Shown piece by piece: positions 8,301-16,687 of a stretch of DNA of 32,000 nt (the stretch's first letter is position 1; each line of letters begins with the position of its first letter). The notes under the pieces are model-generated. The model was given only the letters and a program-made list of their open reading frames with translations, was not told the DNA's origin and searched no databases. The stretch comes from an uncultured Chloroflexia bacterium (GTDB lineage: Bacteria; Chloroflexota; Ktedonobacteria; Ktedonobacterales; JADMIN01): assembly GCA_963718915.1 (NCBI GenBank), contig CAVRAI010000003.1, positions 240,001-272,000 of the forward strand. The letters run 5' to 3'. The position numbers were made by a program, and so were the translations under genes.

Positions 8301-8964
8301 GATCCTCAACAACCTGGGCGAATTGGCCCGCAGCCTGGGCCAGCCGGAGGAGGCGCGTGCCTACTACGAGCAGGCGCTGGTGATTCTTCGTCAGGTCGGC
8401 AACCGTAGCGGCGAGGGCGCGATCCTCAACAATCTCGGTCTGTTGGCCCAAAGCCTGGGCCAGCCAGAACAGGCGCGCACCTACTACGAGCAGGCGCTGG
8501 CGATTCATCGCGAGGTGGGCAACCGTGCGATGGAAGGCACGACGCTCAACAACCTGGGCGCATTGGCCTACAGCCTCGACCAGCCAGAGGAGGCGCATGC
8601 CTACTACGAGCAGGCGCTCATCATCTACCGTGAGGTCGGCGACCGCAACGGTGAGGGCACGACGCTCAACAACCTGGGCGAATTGGCTCGCAGCCTCGAC
8701 CATCCAGAGGAGGCGAGCCGCTACTACGAGCAGGCGCTGGCGATCTTTCAGGAGATTGGGGAGGTGAGCAACGCGAGCGTCATCACCGAGAACATGGAAT
8801 ATCTTGCGCAAACCGATTCAGCCGCTGGCGACACATCCGACAATGGGCCAGGTGTGCCTGATGCGTACGCCGACGATATGCCTAACGCGGACCCGGTGAT
8901 ACTACAGGAGAAAGGCGAGCAGGCGACACGGCGCAAGCGGCGGTGGTGGCCGTGGGGACGATGA
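5388..8964 (+). pseudogene. Disrupted STAND/NLR-like NTPase: DUF4062 (TIR-like) N-terminus, NB-ARC P-loop, winged helix, about 12 TPR repeats
   Basis: The N-terminus RIFLSSTSVDLKAHRAAV...CDVYVLLLAWRYGTIP...SVTHQEYRAAKDAGMPLLVFL matches DUF4062. Walker A is GLGGVGKSALA and the Walker-B-like motif is LALLDNVE. RLHPLLREYV is a typical NB-ARC winged-helix motif. The 40-aa TPR units read EGTTLNNLG.LA.SLGQPEQAR.YYEQALAI.REVGNR... The coding sense hops between frames: frame 0 to 1 near 6290-6300 and back near 6816-6861. There is an in-frame TAA at 7350-7352. About 12 further single-base indels lie in 7420-8290. Confidence 0.8.
7290..8770 (+). repeat. Tandem array of about 12 x 120-bp TPR-coding units (121-123 bp where insertions occur)
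   Basis: G(A/G)GGCACGACGCTCAACAACCTGGGC recurs at about 7323, 7443, 7564, 7685, 7807, 7928, 8054, 8171, 8292, 8410, 8530 and 8650. The units are highly similar at the nucleotide level. All six frames stay open over long stretches, which generates the many overlapping ORFs in the track. Confidence 0.9.
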
Positions 8965-8995
8965 GCGACGGGCGGGCATTTTGTGGGGGTGGCGC

Positions 8996-9608
8996 GCCGC
9001 AGGCTGAGAGCCATGCGGCTAATCCTGGTCGTTCGGTATCCGCTCGATAGGCGACGTGCATACTCAATCCCAGGATTCGTAGACGTTATTAACGATGAGG
9101 CGTGAGTTGATCGAGAGGGCGCATTGCCATGAGCGAGCGTGTGTACTACCATCATTGTGTTTAGCACGACACGCGACAAGCCCGTTTTTCTCGTTGAAGA
9201 GATTGATGCGGCATTCAAAGAGGCGGCGCGCGAGATTCGTCCATCAAAAGAGCTGGCTACTGCTCGAACTGGAAACCATGCCCAATCACGTGCATCTCTT
9301 GCTGGAAAAAGCGCCGTGGGATGATCTCGAGCCGTTGGTTCGGCTATCTCAAAGGGCGCACCGCCCACACGCTGCTGGAGCGATTCCCCTGGCTGCGTGG
9401 CGACCTCAATTCCTATCCGCTTCTGGAATCGCAGTTCATCACTATACCCGGCACACTGACGAATCACTCGCCACCGTTCGCGCCTATATCCGCAACCAGC
9501 GAAAAGCTGGTGGACTGTCCGAATAATCCGAGCGAGCTGCAGACAGCATTCCAACCATCCACAGCGCTCCCTCGCCACAGGATTAGCCGCAGGGCTTCAG
9601 CCTGCGGC
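8996..9608. mobile_element. Decayed IS200-like/RAYT-like module: Y1 transposase remnant bracketed by inverted ~33-nt hairpin repeats
   Basis: The left repeat is GCCGCAGGCTGAGAGCCATGCGGCTAATCCTGG (8996-9028). The reverse complement of 9575-9608 is GCCGCAGGCTGAAGCCCTGCGGCTAATCCTGTGG. The two differ by one indel plus one mismatch over about 33 nt. Each can fold as a GCCGCAGG/CCTGCGGC-type hairpin. Confidence 0.6.
9129..9526 (+). pseudogene. IS200/IS605-family Y1 (HUH) transposase TnpA/RAYT-like, frameshifted
   Basis: Family motifs are scattered over three frames. They include IIVFSTTRDKPVFL...AAFKEAARE (frame of 9139) and ELETMPNHVHLLLE, the HUH motif, at about 9278-9307. YLKGRTAHTLLERFPWLRG lies in the frame of 9321, FWNRSSSLYP in another frame, and TVRAYIRNQ carries the catalytic Tyr at about 9485. 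At least 4 frame changes are needed to read it through. Confidence 0.65.
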
Positions 9609-9658
9609 TCGGTACCCCACACCATTTATGCCCGCGCTACATCACCTCATCTAGCTTC

Positions 9659-12208
9659 TCACGCCCAGCGCGCCAGCCCCAACTCCAGCGGATTGCTCAG
9701 CCCGGCGAAGCTCGGCGCCACCCGCACGCCATAGACCAGGCTGCCGTTGATCGGCGGCAACAGGTTCGCCGTATAGCAGTGCTCGCCGTCGGACGTCGTG
9801 CGGCTCGGCGTCATCGCCGTCACCCGGCGCTCGCGCAGATTGCCGTTCTCATCGCGCGCCGCCACCAGCTCCACCCGCACATCCTCCGGGCTGAGCAGCC
9901 CCAGTCGCACGCGCGCCTCCACCGTCACCGGATCGCCGAACGAGAGTCGGCCATCGTGCGGCCCCTCCGCGTGGATACTCACCTTCGGCCAGGCGGCGCG
10001 CACCATCCGCTTCCAGTCCGCCAGCTTGCGCGCCAGCGCGTAGCGATCCGCGTCGATCCGGCGGCCATAGGCCAGCGCGGGAACATACAATTCCTGGGTA
10101 TAGTCCTTCACCATCCGGCGCATGCTAAAGGCCGGAGCCACCGTCCGTATCGCCTCGCGCATCACCGCGATCCAGCCATGGGGCAGGTCATCGCCGCCGC
10201 GATCATAGAAGAGCGGCACAACCTGGTTTTCCAGCGTCGCATAGAGCGCCAGCGCGTCCGCCTCGTCGCGTGTGTTGTCGTCCTGATACTCACGCCGCTC
10301 GCCAAACGCCCAGCCGTTGCGCCCGTTATAGCCCTCCTCCCACCAGCCGTCGAGGATGCTGAGATTGGGCAGGCCGTTCAGGCTCGCCTTCTGGCCGCTG
10401 GTACCGCTGGCCTCGTGCGGGCGCACCGGATTGTTCAACCATATGTCGCAGCCGCTGACCAGATGCCGCGCCATATCCATGTCATAGTCTTCGAGGAAGA
10501 CGACCTTGCCGCTGAACTCTGGCTGGCGCGAGAACTCGTAGACCTGGCGGATCAGATCCTGGCCGGGTTTATCGTTGGGATGCGCCTTGCCCGCGAAGAC
10601 CAACTGCACCGGGCGGTCGGGATTGTTCAGCAGCCGCGCCAGCCGCTCGGGATCGCGGAAGATCAGCGTCGCGCGTTTATAGGTGGCGAAGCGCCGGGCG
10701 AAGCCAATCGTCAGCGCCTCCGCGTTGAGCAGCGTATGCGTCTCGCGCACCGCCGCCAGCCCCTCGCCCAGCCGCTCGCGTTGCCGCGCCAGCCGCGCCC
10801 GCGCAAAGGCCAGCAACTCCTCTTTGAGCTGGTTGTGCGCGGCCCACAGCTCATCGTCGGGGATCTCGCGCGCATGCTCCCAGAGCGCCGGATCGTCCAG
10901 GTGGGCGTACCAGTCTTTGCTCAGATGGCGCTGGTAGAGCGTATCCAGCGCGGGCGCTATCCACGTGGCGGTATGCACGCCGTTAGTGATCGAGGTGATC
11001 GGCGTCTCGTCTACCTCCAGCTCCGGCCAGAGGAACTGCCACATCCGGCGCGAGACCTCGCCATGCAACTTGCTGACGCCATTGCGCTGCGTCGAGAGCC
11101 GCAGCGCCAATATTGTCATGCTGAAGGCCGAGCCCCAGCCGTTCTCTTCGCGGGCAAGGTCGTGGAAGGAGTCGCGGTCGAGCCGCAGCTGCGGCCAGTA
11201 GTCGCCGAAATAGGTATCCACCAGCTCGAAGTTGAAGGCGTCGTTGCCCGCGGCCACGGGTGTGTGCGTGGTGAAGATGGCGTTGGCGGCGGCGATCTCG
11301 CGCGCGACCTCGAAGCTGATATCCAGCCCCTGCACCAGTTCGCGGCAGCGCTCCAGCCCCAGAAAGGCCGCGTGGCCCTCGTTCATATGCCAGACCATCG
11401 GGTCGATGCCCAGCGCCCGTATCGCGCGGACGCCGCCGATGCCCAGCATGATCTCCTGCGCGATACGCATCTCATGGTCGCCGCCATAGAGCCGCGCCGA
11501 GAGTACGCGGTCGCCAGGCGTGTTCGGCTCGACATCGGTATCCATCAGGTAGAGCGGGATGCGCCCCACCTGAATGCGCCAGACCTTGGCGTAGACCTTA
11601 CGCCCCGGCAGGTCCACGCTAATCATCATCTCGTGCCCGTCGGGGTCCAGCGCGGGCTGCGCCGGAACCTGCGAGAAGAGCAGCTTTTCGTAGATGGCCT
11701 CCTGCTCGCCCTTCGCGTTGATGCGCTGGCGAAAGTAGCCCTGCGGATAGAGGAATCCTACGCCGATGAAGGGCAGCCCCAGGTCGCTCGCCTCTTTGCA
11801 GTGGTCGCCCGAAAGGATGCCCAGGCCGCCGGAATAGATGGGCAGCGATTCGTGCAGCCCAAACTCGGCGGAGAAGTAGGCAATCGTGTGGCGCGCCTCA
11901 TCCGGGAAAGTCTGGCTGAACCAGGTCGTCTCGGGATGCATATAGGCGTCGAAGTCGGCGCAGACGGCATCGTAGCGCGCCAGGAAATCGGCATCGTCGG
12001 CGAGCGCCGCCAATCGCTCCGGCTCAACCTCCAGCAGCACGCGCACGGCGTTGTGCTCACTCGTCTGCCAGAGTTCCTGGCTGATCGTGGCGTAGAGGCG
12101 TTGCGCGGGGGGATTCCAGGTCCACCAGAGGTTATAGGCAAGTTCGCGCAGACGGTGAATGCGTTCGGGTATCTCAGGAAAAACGGCCATACGACCGAGA
12201 ATCTTCAC
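9659..12208 (-). CDS. glgP: Alpha-glucan (glycogen/maltodextrin) phosphorylase, GT35
   Basis: 849-aa ORF with a GTG start preceded by AAGGAG. The N-terminus FPEIPERIHRLRELAYNLWWTWNP is typical of the DUF3417-type alpha-glucan phosphorylases. The PLP-lysine region reads EASGTSGQKASLNG. The antisense ORF 9779..12223 is an artefact. Confidence 0.95.
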   Translation of the reverse strand: MKILGRMAVFPEIPERIHRLRELAYNLWWTWNPPAQRLYATISQELWQTSEHNAVRVLLEVEPERLAALADDADFLARYDAVCADFDAYMHPETTWFSQTFPDEARHTIAYFSAEFGLHESLPIYSGGLGILSGDHCKEASDLGLPFIGVGFLYPQGYFRQRINAKGEQEAIYEKLLFSQVPAQPALDPDGHEMMISVDLPGRKVYAKVWRIQVGRIPLYLMDTDVEPNTPGDRVLSARLYGGDHEMRIAQEIMLGIGGVRAIRALGIDPMVWHMNEGHAAFLGLERCRELVQGLDISFEVAREIAAANAIFTTHTPVAAGNDAFNFELVDTYFGDYWPQLRLDRDSFHDLAREENGWGSAFSMTILALRLSTQRNGVSKLHGEVSRRMWQFLWPELEVDETPITSITNGVHTATWIAPALDTLYQRHLSKDWYAHLDDPALWEHAREIPDDELWAAHNQLKEELLAFARARLARQRERLGEGLAAVRETHTLLNAEALTIGFARRFATYKRATLIFRDPERLARLLNNPDRPVQLVFAGKAHPNDKPGQDLIRQVYEFSRQPEFSGKVVFLEDYDMDMARHLVSGCDIWLNNPVRPHEASGTSGQKASLNGLPNLSILDGWWEEGYNGRNGWAFGERREYQDDNTRDEADALALYATLENQVVPLFYDRGGDDLPHGWIAVMREAIRTVAPAFSMRRMVKDYTQELYVPALAYGRRIDADRYALARKLADWKRMVRAAWPKVSIHAEGPHDGRLSFGDPVTVEARVRLGLLSPEDVRVELVAARDENGNLRERRVTAMTPSRTTSDGEHCYTANLLPPINGSLVYGVRVAPSFAGLSNPLELGLARWA

Positions 12209-12265
12209 AAAAAAGCTCCTTAAAGCGTGTGACGCGCCGTTACCCCTGTTAATACCTCTCCTTCA

Positions 12266-12317
12266 GCCCCCCTCACATCGTGGGGTAGGGGGTGCCCGTA
12301 GGCCGGGGGTGAGGTCC
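12266..12317. repeat. GC-rich REP-like element
   Basis: GCCCCCCTCACATCGTGGGGTAGGGGGTGCCCGTAGGCCGGGGGTGAGGTCC shares GGGGTAGGGG with 3063-3072. It shares GGCCGGGGGTGAGGT with 14299-14313. Confidence 0.5.
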
Positions 12318-12672
12318 ATCGATGGCGCGCACACGATGATTCATCCTCCCTCATTGTACCCAACGCCGCGCGCACTGCCAAAATCACAGCCAATTGCGTC
12401 GCGCGCCGAGACCGCGATTGCGGGGTATGTCTGGGAGATATCGAACCCCTGTCCAACTTTTCTACAGCACAGCCGTACACCATACGGCACAGCGAGCGAC
12501 TAGACGCAGGGTGAGGATCAGATTTCGCGCAAGACTGGACGATTGCGCGCCGGAGGTCTACAATGCGCCTAACGCCTTTACCATTCAGCCTGTGCGTTGA
12601 CAGCGCGAACCTGCACAATGGGATCTGCCTGAGGCGGCGCGCGGATTCATTGAGTGAAACGGGAGAACGCCC

Positions 12673-13044
12673 ATGCCATCGTCTGCAACGAAAGCTCAGC
12701 CGACCACCCAGAGCACTATCCGGCAAACCTCGCTGCTCTTCCACCTGGGCAAAACCGCCGCACTGATCTCTTCGATCATGAAGGACGCCCGCGTCCACTG
12801 GCTGCCCAAGCTCTTCTTCTTCGGCGCGTTAGGCGCGCTCCTGCTGGCGCTGCTCTTCCCCGAGTCGATTGTCGATATTTCCGGGGTGTTCGCTCCGGTC
12901 ATTGGCTGGGCATTCGACGCGGTAGGCATCCCGGCGGAGGCGACGCTGGACTGGGCGGTGCTTGGTGTGGCCGCCTTCAACCTGCTCAAGCTCTTCCCAC
13001 GCGATGTCGTCGGCGAGCATTACGACCACATCTTCCGCAAATAG
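12673..13044 (+). CDS. Small membrane protein (weakly DUF1232/YkvA-like)
   Basis: 123-aa ORF with the SD GGGAGAA 6 nt upstream. It has two hydrophobic segments (LPKLFFFGALGALLLALLF, WAVLGVAAFNLLKLF). An alternative start is ATG 12778. The family call is weak. Confidence 0.5.
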   Translation: MPSSATKAQPTTQSTIRQTSLLFHLGKTAALISSIMKDARVHWLPKLFFFGALGALLLALLFPESIVDISGVFAPVIGWAFDAVGIPAEATLDWAVLGVAAFNLLKLFPRDVVGEHYDHIFRK

Positions 13045-13165
13045 CCCGTATCGCCTGCGCTTCTTCTCGCTCTAAAAACACCGTTGTGTCATCGTCACGT
13101 CTTGTGAGATAGCAAGGTGGGATGAGACGCCGCAGTGGTAAGACAATCAGCGGGAGGGCGCGAGT

Positions 13166-13894
13166 ATGGAAGATGCGCGACGAGGCTGGGTTGAGAGGAT
13201 TGCCGTCGGGATGACCATTGCGCTGCTGTTTGTGTTGGCAGGATGCGACATTGGCGCATCAGTGAGCCGAGTATCCCACGGTGGCCAGAGAACACCAGGG
13301 CCAACCCCCGGTGGTCTGGCGCCGACGGCAACCGCCGCCAAGGTCACGCCGATAGCGACCGCGAGCGTGCGGTGCAAGGTACAGGCGCTGCCCTCAGGCT
13401 GGACATGGTACCAGGATGCGCGCTACTCCTTCCGCCTCGCCGTTCCTCCCGGCTGGCGCACTGGCTCATTCGACGATTACGGCCCCAATGGGCCAAACAG
13501 CGCTGCCACCTCTCCCGCCCATATCCATATCGTGGATTTCTTTGGCCCCGAAAGCCACGGACAGGCAAAGTTGAGTGGCAAGATGCGCTACGATACATCT
13601 CCCCCGGTGATTACCATCGAGGTGGACGTTGGTTCTGAGGTGCGCCCGACCCACTTTGGAAGCGGAGTATTGCCGAACTGGTACGCCCAGACGACTCCTA
13701 TTTGTATCGGCAAGACACCTATCACCCCCTATCTCTTCACCAATGACGAGGGCGACGTCGAGTGGGCCGCCGTGCTTCCCGCCGGACCGCATGGCTATCC
13801 CTATGAATTCTCGGTGGCCTCGGACCCTGACACGGCAACCCGCGATGGCATCTACTTTCAGACGGCGCTTGCCACCTTCACCGCCTCTCCCTGA
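13166..13894 (+). CDS. Putative lipoprotein, unknown function
   Basis: 242-aa ORF with the SD GGGAGGG. The signal peptide carries a lipobox (IALLFVLAGC), followed by a Pro/Gly/Thr-rich linker. Confidence 0.65.
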   Translation: MEDARRGWVERIAVGMTIALLFVLAGCDIGASVSRVSHGGQRTPGPTPGGLAPTATAAKVTPIATASVRCKVQALPSGWTWYQDARYSFRLAVPPGWRTGSFDDYGPNGPNSAATSPAHIHIVDFFGPESHGQAKLSGKMRYDTSPPVITIEVDVGSEVRPTHFGSGVLPNWYAQTTPICIGKTPITPYLFTNDEGDVEWAAVLPAGPHGYPYEFSVASDPDTATRDGIYFQTALATFTASP

Positions 13895-14050
13895 AACCAG
13901 ACGCCGACACACATTCATGTCCCACCAGATTCGCCATGCGGCCATTTTTCGCGTAACATATTCCGCGCGGCAGCGATAATAGACCAAATATCTACTTTTT
14001 GGCCTGTTGCGCTGGCATATCTCGCGAACGCATCCAGTAAGGGACCGGTT

Positions 14051-14182
14051 ATGGTGGCTATCCAGGCGGCAGATGCGGAGACCGACGCATTTGGAGCGGC
14101 GCTCAGCGGCGAACGCGCGCGGCTGGATATTATCACGGCCCGCGATACCCTCGAAGTGCTGCATACCTCCGAGTCTGCGTAA
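14051..14182 (+). CDS. Candidate small ORF (43 aa), unverified
   Basis: ATG 14051 to TAA 14180-14182 is preceded by AAGGGA. Codons are GC3-rich (MVAIQAADAETDAFGAALSGERARLDIITARDTLEVLHTSESA). It is below the ORF-track size cut-off and I recognise no homology. Confidence 0.2.
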   Translation: MVAIQAADAETDAFGAALSGERARLDIITARDTLEVLHTSESA

Positions 14183-14194
14183 CGGCGTGTGGCG

Positions 14195-14320
14195 CGGACC
14201 TCTCCCGGCCTTCGGCCACCCTCCCCTTGCAGGGGAGAGCATTGGCGACCATTCCGGCGGTTGGCGAGGCGCGTACTCCCCTCTCCTACGAGGAGAGGGG
14301 CCGGGGGTGAGGTTCTCCCC
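14195..14320. repeat. Cluster of GC-rich REP-like hairpins
   Basis: One hairpin is CTCCCCT-TGC-AGGGGAG (14221-14237). A perfect 10-bp stem CCCCTCTCCT-ACG-AGGAGAGGGG lies at 14278-14300, followed by GGCCGGGGGTGAGGT (14299-14313). Translation gives the spurious 'PSPRRRGEG / GEGPGVR' type peptides seen in ORFs 13466..14470 and 14189..14662. Confidence 0.6.
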
Positions 14321-14366
14321 TGGCGCGGTAGTGATAATGGCATAGAGATTGAGAGACGAACAATCG

Positions 14367-15710
14367 ATGAGCATGTTCAAGACGCTGAAGAACGGCAATT
14401 TCGCACGCCTCTGGTGCGCCGGACTGATCTCACAGGCGGGCGACTGGGTGTTGCTCATCGGCCTGCCCATCTATGTCTACATTCTGACGCGCTCGTTGCT
14501 AGCCACCAGCATCACTTTTGCTGCGGGCATCATCCCGCAGATAGTGCTCGGCTCAGTCGCCGGGGTGTTTGTGGACCGCTGGAATCGCAAGCGCACGCTG
14601 GTGATCGCCAATCTGCTGCTGGCGGTGGCGCTGCTGCCGTTGATGCTGGTTCGCACGCCTGACCACATCTGGATCGTCTACATCGTCATCTTCGCCGAAA
14701 CCTGCTTCGAGCAGTTTACCCTCCCAGCCCAGAATGCCCTGCTGCCCGCGCTCGTGACCGAGGAGCAGCTCGTACCCGCCAATGCGCTCAACTCGCTCAG
14801 CAGCAACCTCTCGCGTCTGGTTGGCCCGGCGCTCGGCGGCGTCATCGCTGGTTTCTTTGGGCTGAGCGGCATCGTCGTGGCGGATACGATCTCCTTCCTG
14901 TTGGCGGCGCTGGTGCTCACCGGCATTCCTGCCGCCGCGGCAAAGGGCGCTATATCCCAGTGTCCCGCCGGAGACAAGCCATTCGCCAGTCTGCGGCGCG
15001 AGTGGTCCGATGGGCTGCGGGTACTCTTCGGCAGCCGGACACTCTGGGTGCTGGTGGCGACCTTCACCATCTCGGCGCTGGGCGAGGGCGTCTTCGGTGT
15101 GCTCTATCCCGTCTTCGTCTATCAGGCGCTTCATGGCGGCGCGCTGGAGATCGGCGAGCTGATGAGCGCGCAGGCGGTCGGCGGATTGCTCGGCGGGATG
15201 GTGGCGGGCTGGCTCGGTCAGCGGCTGCTCTCGCGCTGGTCCATCGGCCTGAACTGGCTGGCCTTTGGCGCGATCTCGATTGCCATCTACGGCGCGCCCG
15301 CCTGGCTCGCGCTGGCTGGGGCGCCGCTGCCAGTGCTGTGGGTGGAGATTGGCCTGTTCATCGCGGTGGGCATCTCAGGTGTGGGCGTGCTCACCGGCTC
15401 GCAGTCGCGGCTACAGACCAGCGCGCCCGAGGCCTTCCTTGGCCGGATATTTGGCATCCTCGGCACGGCGATGGGCGCCTTCACGCTGGTGGGTACGCTG
15501 ATCGCTGGGACGGTCAGCAATACGCTCGGCATTATCCCAGTCCTCAACATCCAGGCGGCGGGCAAACTCCTCGCCGGAGTGCTGGCGCTGGCGCTGCTGC
15601 CGCGCATGATGCATCGACCGGCCAGCGCCTTGGTGGGTGACGCAACCGGCGGCACAGCGAACGTGCAGCCAGCGATGGACGGTTCATCGGTGGAGGCATC
15701 TCGCCCTTAG
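14367..15710 (+). CDS. MFS transporter (MFS_3/EntS-like efflux type)
   Basis: The ORF starts at TTG 14349 and the likely start is ATG 14367. The N-terminus FKTLKNGNFARLWCAGLISQAGDW...VFVDRWNRKRTL is typical of this subfamily. About 12 hydrophobic segments are present. Confidence 0.9.
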   Translation: MSMFKTLKNGNFARLWCAGLISQAGDWVLLIGLPIYVYILTRSLLATSITFAAGIIPQIVLGSVAGVFVDRWNRKRTLVIANLLLAVALLPLMLVRTPDHIWIVYIVIFAETCFEQFTLPAQNALLPALVTEEQLVPANALNSLSSNLSRLVGPALGGVIAGFFGLSGIVVADTISFLLAALVLTGIPAAAAKGAISQCPAGDKPFASLRREWSDGLRVLFGSRTLWVLVATFTISALGEGVFGVLYPVFVYQALHGGALEIGELMSAQAVGGLLGGMVAGWLGQRLLSRWSIGLNWLAFGAISIAIYGAPAWLALAGAPLPVLWVEIGLFIAVGISGVGVLTGSQSRLQTSAPEAFLGRIFGILGTAMGAFTLVGTLIAGTVSNTLGIIPVLNIQAAGKLLAGVLALALLPRMMHRPASALVGDATGGTANVQPAMDGSSVEASRP

Positions 15711-16687
15711 GTGGCTGGCTCGACGGGAGTTGTGACGTTTTGTGCTGGCGCTTCCTCGTCGCCGCGCGGCCACATCGCAACCCCCAACAGTATCCAGGCA
15801 ATGTCAGCCGCAAGAGCAGGCATACCTAACATGATTGCCACTTTCTGGGTTCCCGCGTAGTCCGAGCCTCCAGAAACCAGCATAGCGATGACAGATGCCG
15901 CCAAGGTGAGGAGTGGTATTATCCCCACAATCAGCGGGAGCCAGTTGTATCCTGGCAGAACGCGACGCCGTAGAGTCACGAGGCCATAGACGACTATGCC
16001 AATGGTGAAGATGATTGACCCTAACAGTCCCACCATATATCCCATCATCAAATAACCGTTGGGATCGTAGAAGTTGCAGTTCAGCGGACTATAGCAACTG
16101 TCGGCCTGTGAATACAACAAAACTGAGGTTAGCCCACTGCCCAGGCCGGAGATAACCATCCCGACGATCGCAAGGGTAATACTTATCCATCCGACCACGC
16201 CTGTCCTACTTGCCCCCCGCATCTGTAAACCGATGAGTGTGAGGACATAGAGCAGCACCAGCGCGGACGCTCCCCACGAGACGATATGGACGGGGAAAAG
16301 TGTGAGGCCGAGCGATGAGTTCTCATCGAGCAGTTGCGCTATGTCGATTGTCAGGTCCATTGCGGCAAATATGGTTGCGATGCCGCCGCCAATGATCGCT
16401 GATAAACTACCAACACGAATCCATACAGTGCGCGTCATGTGCAACTCCTCCCGTCGGCGCTCGGCCAGCGCGCTCACGATGAGATCGCCGAACGCGACTA
16501 GCCAGTAGCGTATGAGGCCGACATTCCCATACGTAGCGGTCGCATCGCGGCAACAATCGCGGAACACCTGAACCATGTGCGCGCCGTACTCTCGCCGGAA
16601 TGGTTGTGGATAGGCGACGAGCAAGCGACGATAGAGCCAGACGGAGCAGCGCACCATCCAGGGCATCTCGCGAGTGGTAGCGCTCAT
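15707..16687 (-). CDS. Integral membrane protein co-transcribed with PadR
   Basis: 326-aa ORF whose ATG overlaps the PadR stop (ATGA). The cytoplasmic N-terminus LYRRLLVAYPQPFRREYGAHMVQVF is the motif commonly found in membrane proteins downstream of PadR regulators. It is followed by about 7 TM segments. The region is lower in GC. Confidence 0.8.
   Translation of the reverse strand: MSATTREMPWMVRCSVWLYRRLLVAYPQPFRREYGAHMVQVFRDCCRDATATYGNVGLIRYWLVAFGDLIVSALAERRREELHMTRTVWIRVGSLSAIIGGGIATIFAAMDLTIDIAQLLDENSSLGLTLFPVHIVSWGASALVLLYVLTLIGLQMRGASRTGVVGWISITLAIVGMVISGLGSGLTSVLLYSQADSCYSPLNCNFYDPNGYLMMGYMVGLLGSIIFTIGIVVYGLVTLRRRVLPGYNWLPLIVGIIPLLTLAASVIAMLVSGGSDYAGTQKVAIMLGMPALAADIAWILLGVAMWPRGDEEAPAQNVTTPVEPAT

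Noticed and set aside
7246-8408. Many overlapping ORFs in the TPR array on both strands (7246..8079, 7416..7679, 7556..7801, 7910..8383, 8076..8408; minus: 7474..7845, 7900..8211, 8245..8811)
   Set aside because: They are alternative frames or strands of one 120-bp repeat. Only one reading gives canonical TPR units, and the fragments are pieces of the single disrupted STAND gene.
7290-8770. The regular ~120-bp periodicity could suggest a CRISPR array
   Set aside because: There are no unique spacers. The entire unit is repeated and translates into TPR motifs continuous with an NB-ARC gene, and no cas genes are nearby.
8748-9578. 276-aa minus-strand ORF covering the transposase remnant region
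   Set aside because: It overlaps the end of the STAND gene and the IS200-like remnant on the opposite strand and has no recognisable motifs. The plus strand carries the HUH and Tyr motifs.
9779-12223. 814-aa plus-strand ORF antisense to glgP
   Set aside because: It is a shadow ORF. Its composition is extremely R/A/L/Q-rich and it has no recognisable motifs, whereas the minus strand encodes a complete alpha-glucan phosphorylase.
13466-14470. 334-aa minus-strand ORF across the lipoprotein gene's 3' end and the REP-rich spacer
   Set aside because: Its length is sustained by the GC-rich hairpin repeats (PSPRRRGE, SPARGGW peptides). It overlaps a better-supported plus-strand lipoprotein gene and the start of the MFS gene.
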